Notes under the pieces: model-generated
The model's input: only the letters and a program-made list of their open reading frames with translations
Told to the model about the DNA's origin: nothing
The model's database searches: none
Position numbers and translations under genes: made by a program
Shown here: positions 12,742 through 27,935 of the stretch, in pieces
How positions within the stretch are numbered: position 1 is the stretch's first letter
How the letters are laid out: the number at the start of each line of letters is the position of its first letter
Source: Octopus vulgaris
Taxonomy: Eukaryota
DNA length: 64,000 nucleotides
Direction: 5' to 3'
NCBI GenBank assembly: GCA_951406725.2
Contig: OX597814.1
Location: 171,554,001 to 171,618,000 of the forward strand

Positions 12742-13940
12742 TTTCATGGATAATATAGTCTTACATGGATAATATAGTCTTAGTTCCCCACAAAAATGTG
12801 CATAACTTTGGAATAACTTTGATCACGAATCTTCGCCATCAGGATACCTACAGTTAAATTGGTATCATTGTGGCATCCGTCTCTGCCGAAAGCAGTAGGA
12901 GCATTAGGCATTTGATGAGCATTGGGAATTTGAAACTGAGGATAACTTCGAAGAAGAAGGTCGATAAAAGAAGTACCAGTCGAAGATAAAGAATGTGCAT
13001 AATGGTTTGAACATCGGATGAGATATTTTGCGTTATCTGTTCTTCCTATTTGACTCCAGAGTTCAAATTCTGTCTATGGTTTGACGTCACGTTGATTTCA
13101 AGGGCTAAGCTTTCGGCAACGAGACCATGATTGATTATAAAACCTTGTGATGAATGGAGAAAGATTGCGAACAACTACGGCCACCGAAAAGTATCGTTTG
13201 AGGTCCTTAAAAAAGGCCTCGAATACCAAATAAGCTGTCACATCAGCTCTTGCTTTGATTATACAGCAAACCCATTATATACTAATATTTTAGCTCGCGT
13301 GCTGAAATTTACAAAACATTAGAAAAGACAAGTATTTATAAGGTTGAATTCGGGCCTTTTTACACGCAGGAGAATAAGAACTACTAGCGAAAGACCAGTG
13401 TCTTATCCGGTGGGATATATCTGTCTCTCTTGTAGTTAACCAACTCGGAAACCGGATACAAGCAATAAACGGGTGATGTCGAACGTGACGGGAGATGCCT
13501 TAAATGTTCCAGATTTGAGAGACAGACAAAACAATACTAAATTAATTAATAAATAATAAAATAAAAGGATCAACCCACACAAGGTTTAAGTCTCTGCCCT
13601 CAATTACACAGGGATCAGCTATCATCGTTCACTAACAGGTTATATGAGAGGCCACACTCTAAAATAAACTTTATCAATTGTGACCCACACTGACACCTCC
13701 TTTTCTCAGTAATTCTTTGCCATTCTTTATCTTTTAAATACCCAACTCTTGTCATTTTCGATTTCCGCGATTCATTACAGATGTTGAGATGCTACTGTTT
13801 CTTTCCTTGGACATTCTTATCTCCAGCTTCTTACAGTTGCTGCAAATCGACCAAAGTTCTTTCTTCACAGAGACGATACTTCAACCCCATTAACACGTAG
13901 TTACACTGTACCAATACACATACTAACCACACATAGCGCG

Positions 13941-13982
<42 letters not shown>

Positions 13983-14061
13983 GCACATATAAATACATAC
14001 ATGCATACATACATAGATATATTCATACACACACATACACACACATATATGTATATATGTA

Positions 14062-14093
<32 letters not shown>

Positions 14094-14124
14094 CAGAGAG
14101 ATAGATAGATAAATATACATATAT

Positions 14125-14198
<74 letters not shown>

Positions 14199-14272
14199 TA
14201 TATATATTCGTATGCACACGCGCACACACGTGCACGAATATACACATAATATTTATTTATATACCTATATGG

Positions 14273-14320
<48 letters not shown>

Positions 14321-14517
14321 GTATATATCCGTATACATTCATGCACATATATATGTATCCATGTGAATATATATACATTTATATTAATGTAAATATACAT
14401 TCGTGTATACATACATATGTATATATTTCTATATGCACAAAGCTATGATGTACATTAATATACATATATCTATACATATTAACACACAAAACACACACAC
14501 ACATGTATACATGTGTA

Positions 14518-14604
<87 letters not shown>

Positions 14605-14856
14605 GATATTCACATACATATACATATATATATATATACATACATATACATATATATCTATATGTGTGTGTGTGTGTGTGTGTGTGCACGAGCCACACAT
14701 ACTCATGTAACACACTAATACATTCATATTTGATAAAAAAACACGTAAACAGGCACACATCGTTGTTCTTTAATTTAGTATTTCTCTCATTCTTCCAGTG
14801 AGACTTGTGGAGCCAACTGTGGTCTCGTAATGTGGAGCTTTCCACTGGACACATGT

Positions 14857-15240
14857 GGAGGCGCAATGGCCCAGTGGTTAGGGCAGCGGACTCGCGGTCA
14901 TAGGATCGCGGTTTCGATTCCCAGACCAGGCGTTGTGAGTGTTTATTGAGCGAAAACACCTAAAGCTCCACGAGGCTCCGGCAGGGGATGGTGGTGATCC
15001 CTGCTATACTCTTTCGCCACAACTTTCTCTCACTCTTACTTCCTGTTTCTGTTGTACCTGTATTTCAAAGGGCCGGCCTTGTCACTCTCTGTGTCACGCT
15101 GAATATCCCCGAGAACTACGTTAAGGGTACACGTGTCTGTGGAGTGCTCAGCTACTTACACGTTAATTTCACGAGCAGGCTGTTCCGTTGATTCGGATCA
15201 ACCTGAACCCTCATCGTCGTAACCGACGGAGTGCTTCCCC
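14857..15240 (+). mobile_element. SINE-C1 (tRNA-derived head, body type 1)
   Basis: A box TGGCCCAGTGG, B box GTTTCGATTCC; TSD-like CCACTGGACA(CA)TGT on both sides. Confidence 0.9.
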
Positions 15241-15688
15241 CCCCACTGGACATGTACAGAAATTGAAACCGGAGATGGTATTTGAACTCAGATTCGTCAA
15301 CGCTGGAAGAAACATCAGAAGGCTTCTCTCACTCTACGCTCTGTAAGCACTGTTTTAAACTACGTCCCATCTTCCTAGATTATCATTTTATTTCTCTACT
15401 CTCGACAAAAGAAAAAAAAAATATAAAGTCAGCCTCATTGAGATTTGAATTCGGGGTACAGAGATGTGGGACAAATGTCGAAAGAGGTTCTCTCTTTGAC
15501 AATCTATTTACTCTGCTTATTTGAATGCCTAAATCACCTTAAGCATACATGCAAATACACACGCGCTCTCACACTGGGAAATATATACAGTATATACGTC
15601 ATACACTGTAAGAGTAAGCAAATGTATGGACACGCAAGTGTGCGCAGTTCAATACACACACACGCAAGCACACACACACACACGCACG

Positions 15689-15758
<70 letters not shown>

Positions 15759-15887
15759 CAGTATAACCTCGGGTTTCGAACAACTCTGATCACGAATAAA
15801 TCGTGCTTTATCTATCTATCTATCTATCTATACATACATACATACATACATATATACATATATATGTATAAAAACATATATATATGC

Positions 15888-15924
<37 letters not shown>

Positions 15925-15998
15925 GTACATGTACATATATATGCATATATATATACATATATATGTATACACACATATCTATATATGTTTGTATCAAC

Positions 15999-16046
<48 letters not shown>

Positions 16047-16063
16047 GTCTGTATCAATACATG

Positions 16064-16113
<50 letters not shown>

Positions 16114-16303
16114 TGTGTGTGTATTCTTTTATCCTTTTACAAATTTTAATCATTTCACTGCGGCGATGCTGGAGCAGCGCCTTAAAATATTTCCGGGTTC
16201 AGTCTCACTGCGTGGCATCTTGGGCAAGTGATTTCTACTATAGCCTCCAGCCAACCAATGCTTTGTGAGTGTATTTGGTAGGCGGAAATCGAAACAATCC
16301 TGA

Positions 16304-16356
<53 letters not shown>

Positions 16357-16358
<2 letters not shown>

Positions 16359-16658
16359 TAAAAATTAGGGAATAAATCCAAACTTACAGGGAAAAATCAG
16401 ATTTAGGATTGAATCCAATTTTATAGTAAAATATTATATTATATTAAATTAGAGACAAAACCAGTATTATGCAAATCAAACAAAGAAAGACTTAAGCCAA
16501 TACATAAATTAAATTATATTATTTAGAAATGTAACAATTATTAATATCCACTACGATCGTTTCGTGTCTTCAGTCATCAATTCTATGAGTAGTAGACATT
16601 CATCAGGTGGTTTCAGAATCTAAAATATAATCAATATTTTTCAATATTCTCTAATTTA

Positions 16659-16665
<7 letters not shown>
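16357..16665 (-). mobile_element. ~300-bp Penelope pLTR-like element within (TA)n
   Basis: Flanked by (TA)n on both sides; contains the hammerhead motif at 16548-16610. Confidence 0.65.
16548..16610 (-). ncRNA. Type I minimal hammerhead ribozyme (Penelope-type)
   Basis: CCAC-CTGATGA-A-TGTCT..AGACA-C-GAAAC-GATC-GTA-GTGG: intact core, stem I CCAC/GTGG, stem II TGTCT/AGACA, palindromic ACGATCGT stem III. Confidence 0.85.
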
Positions 16666-16709
<44 letters not shown>

Positions 16710-16899
16710 GCACAGTGAGATCTGTAAAGATAGAGTCCAAAAGAGTACGAAGATCCAGTGGTAATCAGATTGGAGTGCCTGTATGTGTCAGTGTGTCAGA
16801 GAAAAGATGCTAAATGGTCTAGAAGTAGTTAAGAAATGCACGTCCAAGAGGGTGGGAAGTTCAGTCAGGATCTACCCTTTATCCAACCTCTCCTTTCGT

Positions 16900-17109
16900 T
16901 CAAACCTCTTTTTTCTAATCATTCGCCATGCTGGACTACTGAACTATACACATTTTTTTCCATTCTGTCTGTTTATTTCCTCTTATTCCTTTCTGTTAAA
17001 GAGCAAAGGCTCGAAACGTAAAAGATTTTTCCACTTTTCCCGAGCGTCAAACTAATACACCTGCTTGATGTTCCTACTCCTGTCTTCATCTTTGTTTTTC
17101 TATGAACTA
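16900..17109 (+). mobile_element. Hammerhead-bearing short element, family 2 (motif at 16989-17024, core CTGTTAA, probably inactive)
   Basis: CTTT-CTGTTAA-A-GAGC-AAAG-GCTC-GAAAC-GTA-AAAG; homologous to the copies at 30241 and 48233; ends AACTA into a TA/TG array. 5' boundary approximate. Confidence 0.75.
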
Positions 17110-17127
17110 TATGTGTGTGTGTGAGTT

Positions 17128-17200
<73 letters not shown>

Positions 17201-17462
17201 ATGTTCACTAAAAAGTCCGTATCACTCACCCACACGTACGAAGCATGCACGAACGCACTCACCAGTATCCATATATATACATACAGCGTATTTACACATT
17301 GCAAATGTACACATATATACACACACATGTTTGAGTGTGTCTGCATGTCTGTGTGTGTGACTGTGTGTGTATGTGTGTGTACGCGTTTGCGCGCAAACGG
17401 ACAATCACTGGGACAAACACTGCACATACTCAAACAAACACACACACACACCACAAACGCAA

Positions 17463-17496
<34 letters not shown>

Positions 17497-17598
17497 TTAT
17501 CTGAACATATAAATATGTATGCATATTTATATGCTTATAAAATGTGTGAATGTGTGTATATTATATGTAAATTGGCATATACATATATAAATACATAG

Positions 17599-17631
<33 letters not shown>

Positions 17632-17666
17632 CATACACATACATGCAAGCATACATATATACATAG

Positions 17667-17718
<52 letters not shown>

Positions 17719-17755
17719 ATATGTATATTTGTATGTATGTATGTATGTATGTATG

Positions 17756-17817
<62 letters not shown>

Positions 17818-18323
17818 CACACACATACATACATACATACAAATATACATATAAACATACATACATACATACAAATATACATACATACATACAGAAAGCA
17901 TGCATATGTACACACAACTACGCATACAAGGGAGATAAAGAAAGGCAACCTTCCCCAACGTAGAGAAGAACCACGCCTTACGGAAATTGTATAGAGTCCC
18001 AAAGGAACCAAGCTGTCCGGCAACGAATAGAAGACATTTGTCAGTGATTATAAGTTAAAAGCTGATAGCAGCTTTAAGAAGCTAATTAAATGAGTTCTTG
18101 ATAAGAGATAGGCTCGCAAATGAAAAAAGGCTGCAATAATTTCATCGAAGATGTCCTGCTGTAAGACGCTGCTGTTCAGATGAAATAGTGTTGCATTTTG
18201 GTCTATATATATATGTATATATATATGTGTGTGTGTGTGTCTATATGTATGTATATATGTGTGTGTGTGTATGTGTGTGTACGTATATATATATATGTAC
18301 ATATACATGATTGTGTGTATAAT

Positions 18324-18378
<55 letters not shown>

Positions 18379-18589
18379 CATACATATATGTACATATATA
18401 AACACATATATACATATACATATCTATATCTATCTATATATATATATATATGTATATGTATACATATGTACGCATGCATATATATATATATATATATGTA
18501 CAATACATACATCTATACATACACACACACACACACATATATATATATATGCGCGTGTGACTGTGTATGTGTAGACATATATATATATG

Positions 18590-18645
<56 letters not shown>

Positions 18646-18769
18646 TGTATATATATGCATTTATATTCTTATATATATATGTGTGTGTATGCGTTATATA
18701 TATATATATATATACAGGTACAAGTATACTCACACACATATACACACTTCCATTCACACACACACACAA

Positions 18770-18860
<91 letters not shown>

Positions 18861-19204
18861 TAATATATATTTGTAAATCTAGTGAGAGAAAGAGAGAAAT
18901 GGGGGAAGAGAGAGATAGAGAGATAAGACTGTGAGAGGGAGGCAGATAGAATGGAAGAATGTGATTGTCCACTGATAGGAAAGCGGCTAATCTTTCTTCC
19001 TTCTTTATCGCCACCCTTGCGATATGATGGAAGACATATCACATCACAATCAATGTATGTGTATATGTATGTATGTATGTATGTTTGTATGTATGTATGT
19101 ATGTATGTATGTATGTATGTATGTATGTATGTATGTATGTATGTATGTATGTATGTATGAATGTATATGTGTGTGGATATGTATGGACGTACATGTATGT
19201 GTGG

Positions 19205-19242
<38 letters not shown>

Positions 19243-20183
19243 TAGATATGTATGAATATACACACACATATATATATGTATGTGTTTCACTGAGATCTGT
19301 GTAAGTTCTTCCCAGAAATCTTACCGGTTACTAGCAAGTAATTAACTCTTTTTGCTTGAGACAAGACAGTCGCAAAGTTTTGAAACTGTATGAATGACCT
19401 GTTGTGTGCGTGTATGCGTGTGCGTGTATGCGTGTATGTGTGTGTGTGTATGTGTGTTGATGTATGTGTAAATATACTTATACTCATGTAATGAGTTCAT
19501 ATGTCTCTTGACTAGACATACTTGACTACACATAAATTGCGTGTATGTGTGTGCTTATGTGTGTGCATGTCTGTGTGTGTGTGTGAGAGACATAGAGAGT
19601 GGGAGAGCGAGAGAGAGATAGAGATAGAGAGAGAGAGCTAGCTAGCTAGATAGATAGAACGAGAGAGAGAGAGAGAGAGAGAAAGAGAAAGAGAGAGAGA
19701 GTGCCATTCACTCACGTAACTGCATACTTGCCCAATCCAAGAAATGCAAATACAGAACCTTTAAAATGTCTTATGCGTCTATGTTGTACCATTTATCGCC
19801 TGAATTTTCAAGGTGTAAGTCAGTTTACAGTATTTTTCTCTGAGAACTCAGCCTTTTGAGGCTTTTATACAAATCCGTTGTTACACAGGCCAATGATAAT
19901 CGGCCTTAATACAACTGTATTTTGTTCGTTAGTTCACCATTAGTATTATCTTTCATATATTGTAGACAAGGCATACACATCTGATGGGCAGTTGGCCTCA
20001 TTAACAATGCATGACTTTTGCCCACTCTCCCTAAGAAAAATATTAAGAAGGTTGAAATTACATAATCTGGTGGTATCAGCGCTGCAGGTAGCAGGGTTTT
20101 ATAACGATATAAACAAGAATGCATTTTGCAGCAGAAGTCAATGTGGGGGGTTTTCTCGTGGCAATCACTGCAGTATAGTTTGT

Positions 20184-21110
20184 TCTAGCGTTGTCGTGGA
20201 GAAAAATTGGTCCTTTTCTATTGAGCAATGCTGGCTGTTGTCGGAGTTTCTTATGCATTTCATCCATTTGCTGACAGTACTTCTCTGCGCTAATGGTTTT
20301 GCCTGGATCCAAAAAGCTGTGGTGGATGAGACCGGCCTCAGATCACCAAACAGTCATCATCACCTTCTTTTGGTGCAACATTGGCTTCAGGAAGTGCCAT
20401 GGAGCTTCGTCGGCGCCCAACCACTGAGCTGAGCGTTGCCGGTTGTCGTAAAGAATCCACTTTTCATCGCAAGTCACAATCCGGTCGATAAACAGGTCGT
20501 TCTTGTTGCGTAAAAGAAGGGAAGATGACACTTCAAAGCGGCGTTTTTTTTTGTTTTTGGTTGTCGTTCAATTCATGCGGCACCCATTTCTCAAGTATTT
20601 TTATTTTTCCAATCTATTTCAAGTGGTTGGAAATTGTCCGATGCGTTACGTCTAATTCAGAAGCAAGCTCCCGAACAGTTGTGCGTGAATTGGCTTCGAC
20701 TAAGGCTCTATTGTTGTCAACATCCGCTGGCCGACCACTACGCTTATCATCTTCAATACTCTCGTCACCGCTACGAAATTTTTTGAACCACCATTGTGCA
20801 GTACGTTCATTAGTGGTTCGTGGGCCAAATGCATCGTTGATATCGCGAGCTGTTTCAGCAGCTTTTCGGCCTAGCTTGAACTGGAATAAGAAAATTGTGC
20901 GATTTTGCATTTTGTCCGTGTTGTTGTATTCAACGTTCCGGAAAAAATCGCCTAATTATTCAAAAAGAAAAAGAGTAGCACGATTAGATAGAGCGAAAAA
21001 CGGGCTTTAAAATGATATATAAAGTCAAAGTAATTTAATGAAAATTAATTTGAAAATACATCATTTAAAACCAAAATTAAAAATTCCGTGAGAACTTTCT
21101 TGACAACCTA

Positions 21111-21111
<1 letters not shown>
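20184..21111 (-). mobile_element. Mariner transposon, 3'-truncated, frameshifted transposase pseudogene (Hsmar1-like)
   Basis: TA|TTAGGTTGTCAAGAAAGTTC TIR at 21111; HTH ORF 20614-20910; WVPHEL; DRIVTCDEKW; HDNAR, then abrupt loss of homology. Confidence 0.95.
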
Positions 21112-21180
<69 letters not shown>

Positions 21181-21802
21181 AATAACCTTTGCATTGCTAT
21201 GTAAAATTGGGTTGACCTATTCAATTTTCTTCGAATTTGTATATACTATAAAATAGATATTAGCTATTTTTCAACAGATGAGAGGCATAAACAATCTCTG
21301 ACGTAAATGAGACTTAAATAAATGAAACTGCTGGTCAGGTGGACTAACCACACAGTAATAAAAGCTTTGCTCGTGGATATATAATGTAACGATGTAGTTA
21401 CATTATGCTCGGAGGTGTTGCTACGTGACCAAGATATTCGCTTCGCAATCACGCACTATAAATTTCGATTCCATTGCGTAGTACATTTGGCAAATGTCTT
21501 CTAACATATCTATTTGTTAACAGAAAACGTGTGAATGAAATTGAAATTGAATATAAGGAAGTCCGCAAAAAAAAAAAATGTTTTTAATGTCTTTTTGTTT
21601 GGGAGACTCATTCTTTTGACCAATTTCGTACCACTAATCAGCCCTTCCATGCCAGCATCCACCCGAAGAATAACTTGATATTTTGACATATTTCAAAGAG
21701 TCCTAGCTTTTTTGTTCTCCCATCTTCCTCCAACTTACGTATCTCGGAGGTTATGAGACACCTATTCTAACCATGTCATAAAACAAAAATTGTCTGGGAA
21801 AT

Positions 21803-22229
21803 GCAACGGGTGATCAGTGGCGCAGCTAGATTGGGTAATGCTGAGGACAGCCCTTGCGTTTGCCCCCACACCGGGCTAATACGGCCTGTACATATTTATA
21901 CGACAGACCTAAATATGCTGCTCAGTAAAAGGAGGTGGACCATCTCCTTGCTTTCTATCCTTAGCTACGTTATGCGGGTGAGACCGTAATACGACAACAC
22001 GCACAGATTAGAGCAACAGGTGACCAGTGGCACAACTAGATTGTATGCCTTCGGGGACAACCCTTGAGTTTTCCCCCACGCTGGGTCAATACAGCCAATA
22101 CATATTCAAAAGACAGACCTAAAAATGCTGCTCAGTAAAAGCATAGTCTGAGGTGAACCATCTCCTTGCTTCCTCTCCTTAGCTACGCAACGCGAGTGAG
22201 ACCGTAATACGATAACGCGCACAGATTAG
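21803..22229. repeat. Tandem duplication of a ~210-bp unit containing a decayed hAT-like MITE
   Basis: 21803-22012 vs 22013-22229; each has CAGTGGCRCARCTAG ... TAGCTACG imperfect inverted ends. Confidence 0.75.
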
Positions 22230-22235
22230 TCGAAT

Positions 22236-22453
22236 CAACGAAAGAGCCTTTAGTCTACTTTTTTGAAATCGTAGAAATCTCCTTCATGTTGCAGACCTTT
22301 GTCATCTTTACGTAAAAGAAAAGGACACTGTGTATTATATTCCTAGATACACTATGTCTAACAAAAGACAAGGGTGGCAAAGCCATGATTAGAACGGACA
22401 CCTTTGAGCATAAATCTTCTGATCATGTTTGACCTAGAACTATACAACAACAA
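22236..22453 (+). mobile_element. Old SINE-like family D with (CAA)n tail
   Basis: Degenerate relatives at ~240-330(-), 762-925, 12410-12850, 34985-35115, 50120-50240, 56265-56490(-) and 57460-57690(-). Confidence 0.5.
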
Positions 22454-23026
22454 GTAGAATATCAACCCATCTGAGAATATAAAAACCACAAAAACAAACA
22501 AAAACAAAACGACTTCGAATAGAAGCGGACTGGCATCAGATTTTTTCGAGAGACATGCAAACGAATGTTAGGTTACATAAAGTGAGCTGTCGCACCCCAC
22601 AGACAGCACAGGGTTATAAAGATAGAAAAAGATTATGAGTAAAGTGGGGGTACAAATTGCTGGAGAGCGCCTAGCAAGGAATATTGAGGTGGGGGTTGGC
22701 GGTAGGTAGCGGAAAATGTTGGTATTTCCGATATGGCGTTCTGATTTCATTTATATCCTGTCAAAATTGGCATCCATTCTAACAGCGGCACTCTGTTTTG
22801 TCAGATGTTTTCTAAGATTGATTGGCTTTCGGACAAGTGTGTTTGTATATGTGTGTGTGCCTAGGTATGCATGCGTGTACATATTTGTATATAAGAGCGT
22901 ATGTTATGTATGTGTCTGTAAATATATGCAAGTAAGTATAGATGTGAGAATACATGCTGTTATTTATATATATACATATAAACTCGCATGTATGTATTCA
23001 TATATATTATGTGTGTGTGTATGTGT

Positions 23027-23083
<57 letters not shown>

Positions 23084-24134
23084 TGTTGTTCATTCATACA
23101 CACCGTACATTCTTTACATGCTTATATAATGTATATTTATACACATGCAAATGCATGGCAAATACACGTAGGCACATGTAGCAAAAAATATATACACATA
23201 GATATCATTATTGATATAGATGGATACTTACACATGCAAATACACACCCACAGAATAACAACAACAGCACACTCACACACACATATCCTCTCTGTGTCTC
23301 TTTTTCATACACATATACTCACGCACAACTACACACACGCGCATATTTATTGAACAATCTTGAAATATATTTCATTGTTTACGTATCTTTATAGATCTGC
23401 AGTAAGTAGAGGCCAAGAACCGATTTGCGTCGGTATTTTTTAGACAGCAGTTTAAGAATCTAAAAAAAAACAAAAAAACAAAACAACAACAAAAAACAAA
23501 CAAACAAAAAAAACAAAAACAAAGAATAAAAAGAAGCATGTGATGTGTATTATTTGAAGAAAAATAAGATGTTGTAAAATTATGCCTCTCCCAAGAATGT
23601 AAGTAGTGAAACAGAATGGAAATAACCCGACGTTGGTGTCAAAACTTTGCTGACTAAGGAGAGAATTTCACGTCTTTTCTACGATGCATGCCTAAAAGAG
23701 AATTAAAGGCTAATTTTGATCTTCTGACGATCCTTTCTTAGGGATATATTCTAAAGTAAACTTTCGAACATATCAGTGCGGTGCATAAGACGATATTTAA
23801 AGTCCCAAGACTAATCACTCCTACAAAACTACAAAAAGACAAAAATAAAAAAAAGGGGTTGTCTTATATGCCAGATATAAAAACTGTATTTTTAATAAAT
23901 TTCTGTGAAGGAAGGAAACATCATTAATCAGTGATGTAACAACTAAAATACAGTAATATGAAATGGTGGTTGTGGAAGCCATGTTCTGCGTTTTGGTGTG
24001 TGTGTGTGTGTGAGCGATCCTACTCTAGCGAAACTTGGTTGGTGTTGCGAGCATGTGAATTTATAATTAACACAATTGACGAGCTAAAAAGACCCCCCCC
24101 CCCCCAAAAAAAAACCCCCCAGAAAAACAAGCAG

Positions 24135-24730
<596 letters not shown>

Positions 24731-25960
24731 AAAAGAAAGTTATTATTCTGTTGGAACTCTAACCTAGTGAGCAATGGGTGAAAAACCGTTCGAAGTTATT
24801 TGATGTTTGAGCCAGTGGTTCATTGATCTGAAAGAGGATAATATGAAGGCGATTGAAGAGAATTCACATGGAAATTTTGGGTCAACGACAGAAAGCGAGG
24901 AAGTAGTCTGGAAAAATAGATATCAAAGTAAGAAAATTTGTGAAAAGGTCATAGTACTTAGTGTTAAACTTTATGGTTGCATTAAATATAACAAGGCTAA
25001 CAGAGATAGATACTTCTGAGTAGTATGTTAGGACTTGTTCAATGCACCACTGATCATGTTTAGCGGTATTAGGATTAGAAACCTCGTGCATATTTGCTAA
25101 CATTTAACATATATAGTTCCATGTGACTTCTTACACACAAGAAAGTAACTTTACAGAATTTTAAAATAACAAAGATATTAGATTCTGTGATGATATTCCA
25201 AAGGACAATAGCTATATATTCTAACCTTTCTTATGAATAAAAGTTCCGTAACTGAAAACTGGGTTGTAGAATTAAGTTTTGTAATAATCATTAGTTACTT
25301 TTATCCAGATTTCTCTCCCCCACCCGGTAATTCCAATGCTGTTCGTCAGGTCTCTTTTGTCCGAATACGAAAGAGATTGTGCAACTGAGAATTACCAGCT
25401 GCCTCAGCTCAAACTTTAAACAATTATGGAGCTGTGTGTAGCGAACATGGTCCCCCTATGCGATGGCCAATTAAGAATTAATCATTTTCGTTTTTTTTTT
25501 TACATCATGGTGCTTCAAATGTTTAGTGATTAGCGGATGGTAATTTAGAAGTTGCAACGTTTTTGACTTCGCATACAAGCTTTAACAAAGATAAATCAAA
25601 CTGATTTGAATCATAGAAACGAAGACAAACATTGGCTTGCATGGGGTAGGGCCATACAAAATTGGATAAGAAATTCGGTTTAGAACTGTCTGAGAAAGTT
25701 CATAATTTTCCGCAGTTAACGTTTCAATTACACAACAAAGCCGCTACATACATTAATTGTGTACATCTAGCAAGATAGCACAGGTGTTTCTAATTAGCTA
25801 GATATACAGAATTTAACTAATTCCAAATTATAGACTGAAATTTTGATGACATTGCTTGCAAACAGAGCCGCATGATCTAATGGAGAAAACTAGTAAAACA
25901 GAACAAAGATACACCAGCAGAAAAACTAAATATTTGGCATAAAACCAGCAAGTCCGTATA

Positions 25961-26125
25961 TCGATTATATCGACCCCCAGTACTCAACTGGTACTTATTT
26001 TATCGATCCCGTGATGATGAAAGACAAAGTCAGCCTCGATAGAATTTGAACTCAGAGTATACAGACAGACGAAATGCCGCGAAGCATTTTGTCCAGCGTG
26101 CTAACGGGTCTGCTTGCTCGCCGCT
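25961..26125 (-). mobile_element. SINE-B copy
   Basis: Family alignment. Confidence 0.8.
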
Positions 26126-26214
26126 TTAGAAAAGCTAAATATTCAGAAACCCTTATGAGGGTCACGTCAATGAACTTCACTTAAAATGATAAATTAAAAT
26201 AAAAACAATTAACA

Positions 26215-26436
26215 GGTTTGGTTGTGTAGTTAAGAAGCTTGCTACCCAACCATGTGGTCTTGGGTTCAGTCTCACTGCGAACCATCATGGGCAAAGTATC
26301 TTCTATTATAGCCCGGGCCTGCCAATGTCTTTTAGGCGGAAAGTGAATGAATCCTGTCGTATATATGTGTGTATGTGTGTGTGTGTGCGTTGGGCCAACC
26401 AATGCCTTGTAGGCGGAAAGTGAATGAAGCCTGTCG

Positions 26437-26522
<86 letters not shown>

Positions 26523-26795
26523 TGTGTGTGTCTGTATGTATGTGTGTGTGTGTGTTTTGTGTATGTACATGTGTCTCTGTGTTTGTGTTCTAATTGTCCC
26601 TCCTTACCGCTTAACAACTGGTGTTGATTTGCTTATGTCCCCGTAAGATAGTAGTTAGGCAAAAGAAACCGACATTATCAATCTTTAAAAAAGAAAAAAA
26701 AGAGTGCTGCGGCCGAATTGTTCGATTAATCTTCAAGGTGATATTCCAGCGTGTTCATAGTCCAATGGCTAAAACACGTAATAGATAAAAGATAA
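26215..26795 (+). mobile_element. SINE-A with internal duplication
   Basis: Family alignment; segment 26314-26365 repeated at 26392-26440. Confidence 0.8.
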
Positions 26796-27523
26796 ACGAA
26801 AAAAATTCTAAGAAATAGCATTTATTAGAAATGTGCATGAACCCCCAAAAAGAGTACAAGCCTTATATTTTCATATGCCAACCGATGAACAATCTTTCAC
26901 ATATAGATCGATACACATTCATAATTACTTCGATAAGTACATTTAAGGCCATGTTTTCCTCATGAGGTAAAAATAAAATTAAAACATGTCCGAAATTGCC
27001 TCTCCTTCCGCATAATTATGTGTAGTTAGTAATTAAAAGGTAATTAAAAAGTCATGCACATCAGTTACGATAAAATTTAATTAACGAGTCTGACATGCTC
27101 ATTTATTCAGATAAGTTACATATTTTTTCTGAGCCCTAAAAAACAACTGAAGTTTACGAAACTGAAGCTAAGTTTTTTTTAAATCTTCTTTTGTTAACTG
27201 TTGGAAATACTTAGTTTACGTAAAAAGCATTGACAGTAGATAAAAACGCAAAAACAAACTGATCTTCCATATTAGATAATGTCTTTTGACATGAAGACGA
27301 GGTTTAAAATTTGAGTCATTGGTAAAGTTGATCAGTCAGAAGAAGAAAAATCAAAATCGGATCTAGGATAATTTGAACTCAGGTAGTATAAGCACTTAAC
27401 TAAAATCTCGCCAAGAGATGTATGTCATTCTACCGATATTATTAATATTTATTTGGAGACTGTCGAAATAATGTAGACTCCTCTGACGAGAACTCAATCG
27501 ATTAACGTAGTTCATTTTTACAA

Positions 27524-27935
27524 GGCGATGAGCTGGCAGAAACGTTAGCACGCCGGACGAAATGCTTAGCGGTATTTCGTCTGCGTTACGTTGTGAGTTC
27601 AAATTCCGCCGAGGTCGACTTTGCCTTTCATCCTTTCGGGGTCGATAAATTAAGTACCAGTTACGCAATGGGGTCGATGTAATCGACTTAATACCTATGT
27701 CTGTCCTTGTTTGTCCCCTCTGTGTTTAGCCCCTTGTGGGTAATAAAGAAATAGGTATTTCGTCTGCCGCTACGTTCTGAGTTTAAATTCCACCGAGGTC
27801 GACTTTGCCTTTCATCCTTTCGGGGTCGATAAATTAAGTACCATTTACGCACTGGGGTCGATATAATCGACTTAATCCGTTTGTCTGTCCTTGTTTGTCC
27901 CCTCTGTGTAGCCCCTTGTGGGCAGTAAAGAAATA
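27524..27935 (+). mobile_element. SINE-B head-to-tail dimer
   Basis: Full unit followed by a 5'-truncated unit; junction GAAATAGGTATTTC at 27748. Confidence 0.9.

Noticed and set aside
13350-13900. Candidate acceptors (ACGCAG, TTACAG) in unique sequence
   Set aside because: No recognisable peptide or convincing donor.
14857-14930. tRNA gene
   Set aside because: The tRNA-like sequence continues into a repeated body with a TSD; it is a SINE head (same for 40162, 42707, 47625 and 62542).
19992-21010. Plus-strand ORFs of 146 and 161 aa
   Set aside because: Antisense shadows of the mariner transposase.
23768-23888. pogo/Tigger-like MITE (ATAAGAC..GTCTTAT)
   Set aside because: Inverted ends too degenerate to support.
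25326-25396. Hammerhead on minus strand (CTGACGA present)
   Set aside because: No GAAA in register, and stem I does not abut the core.
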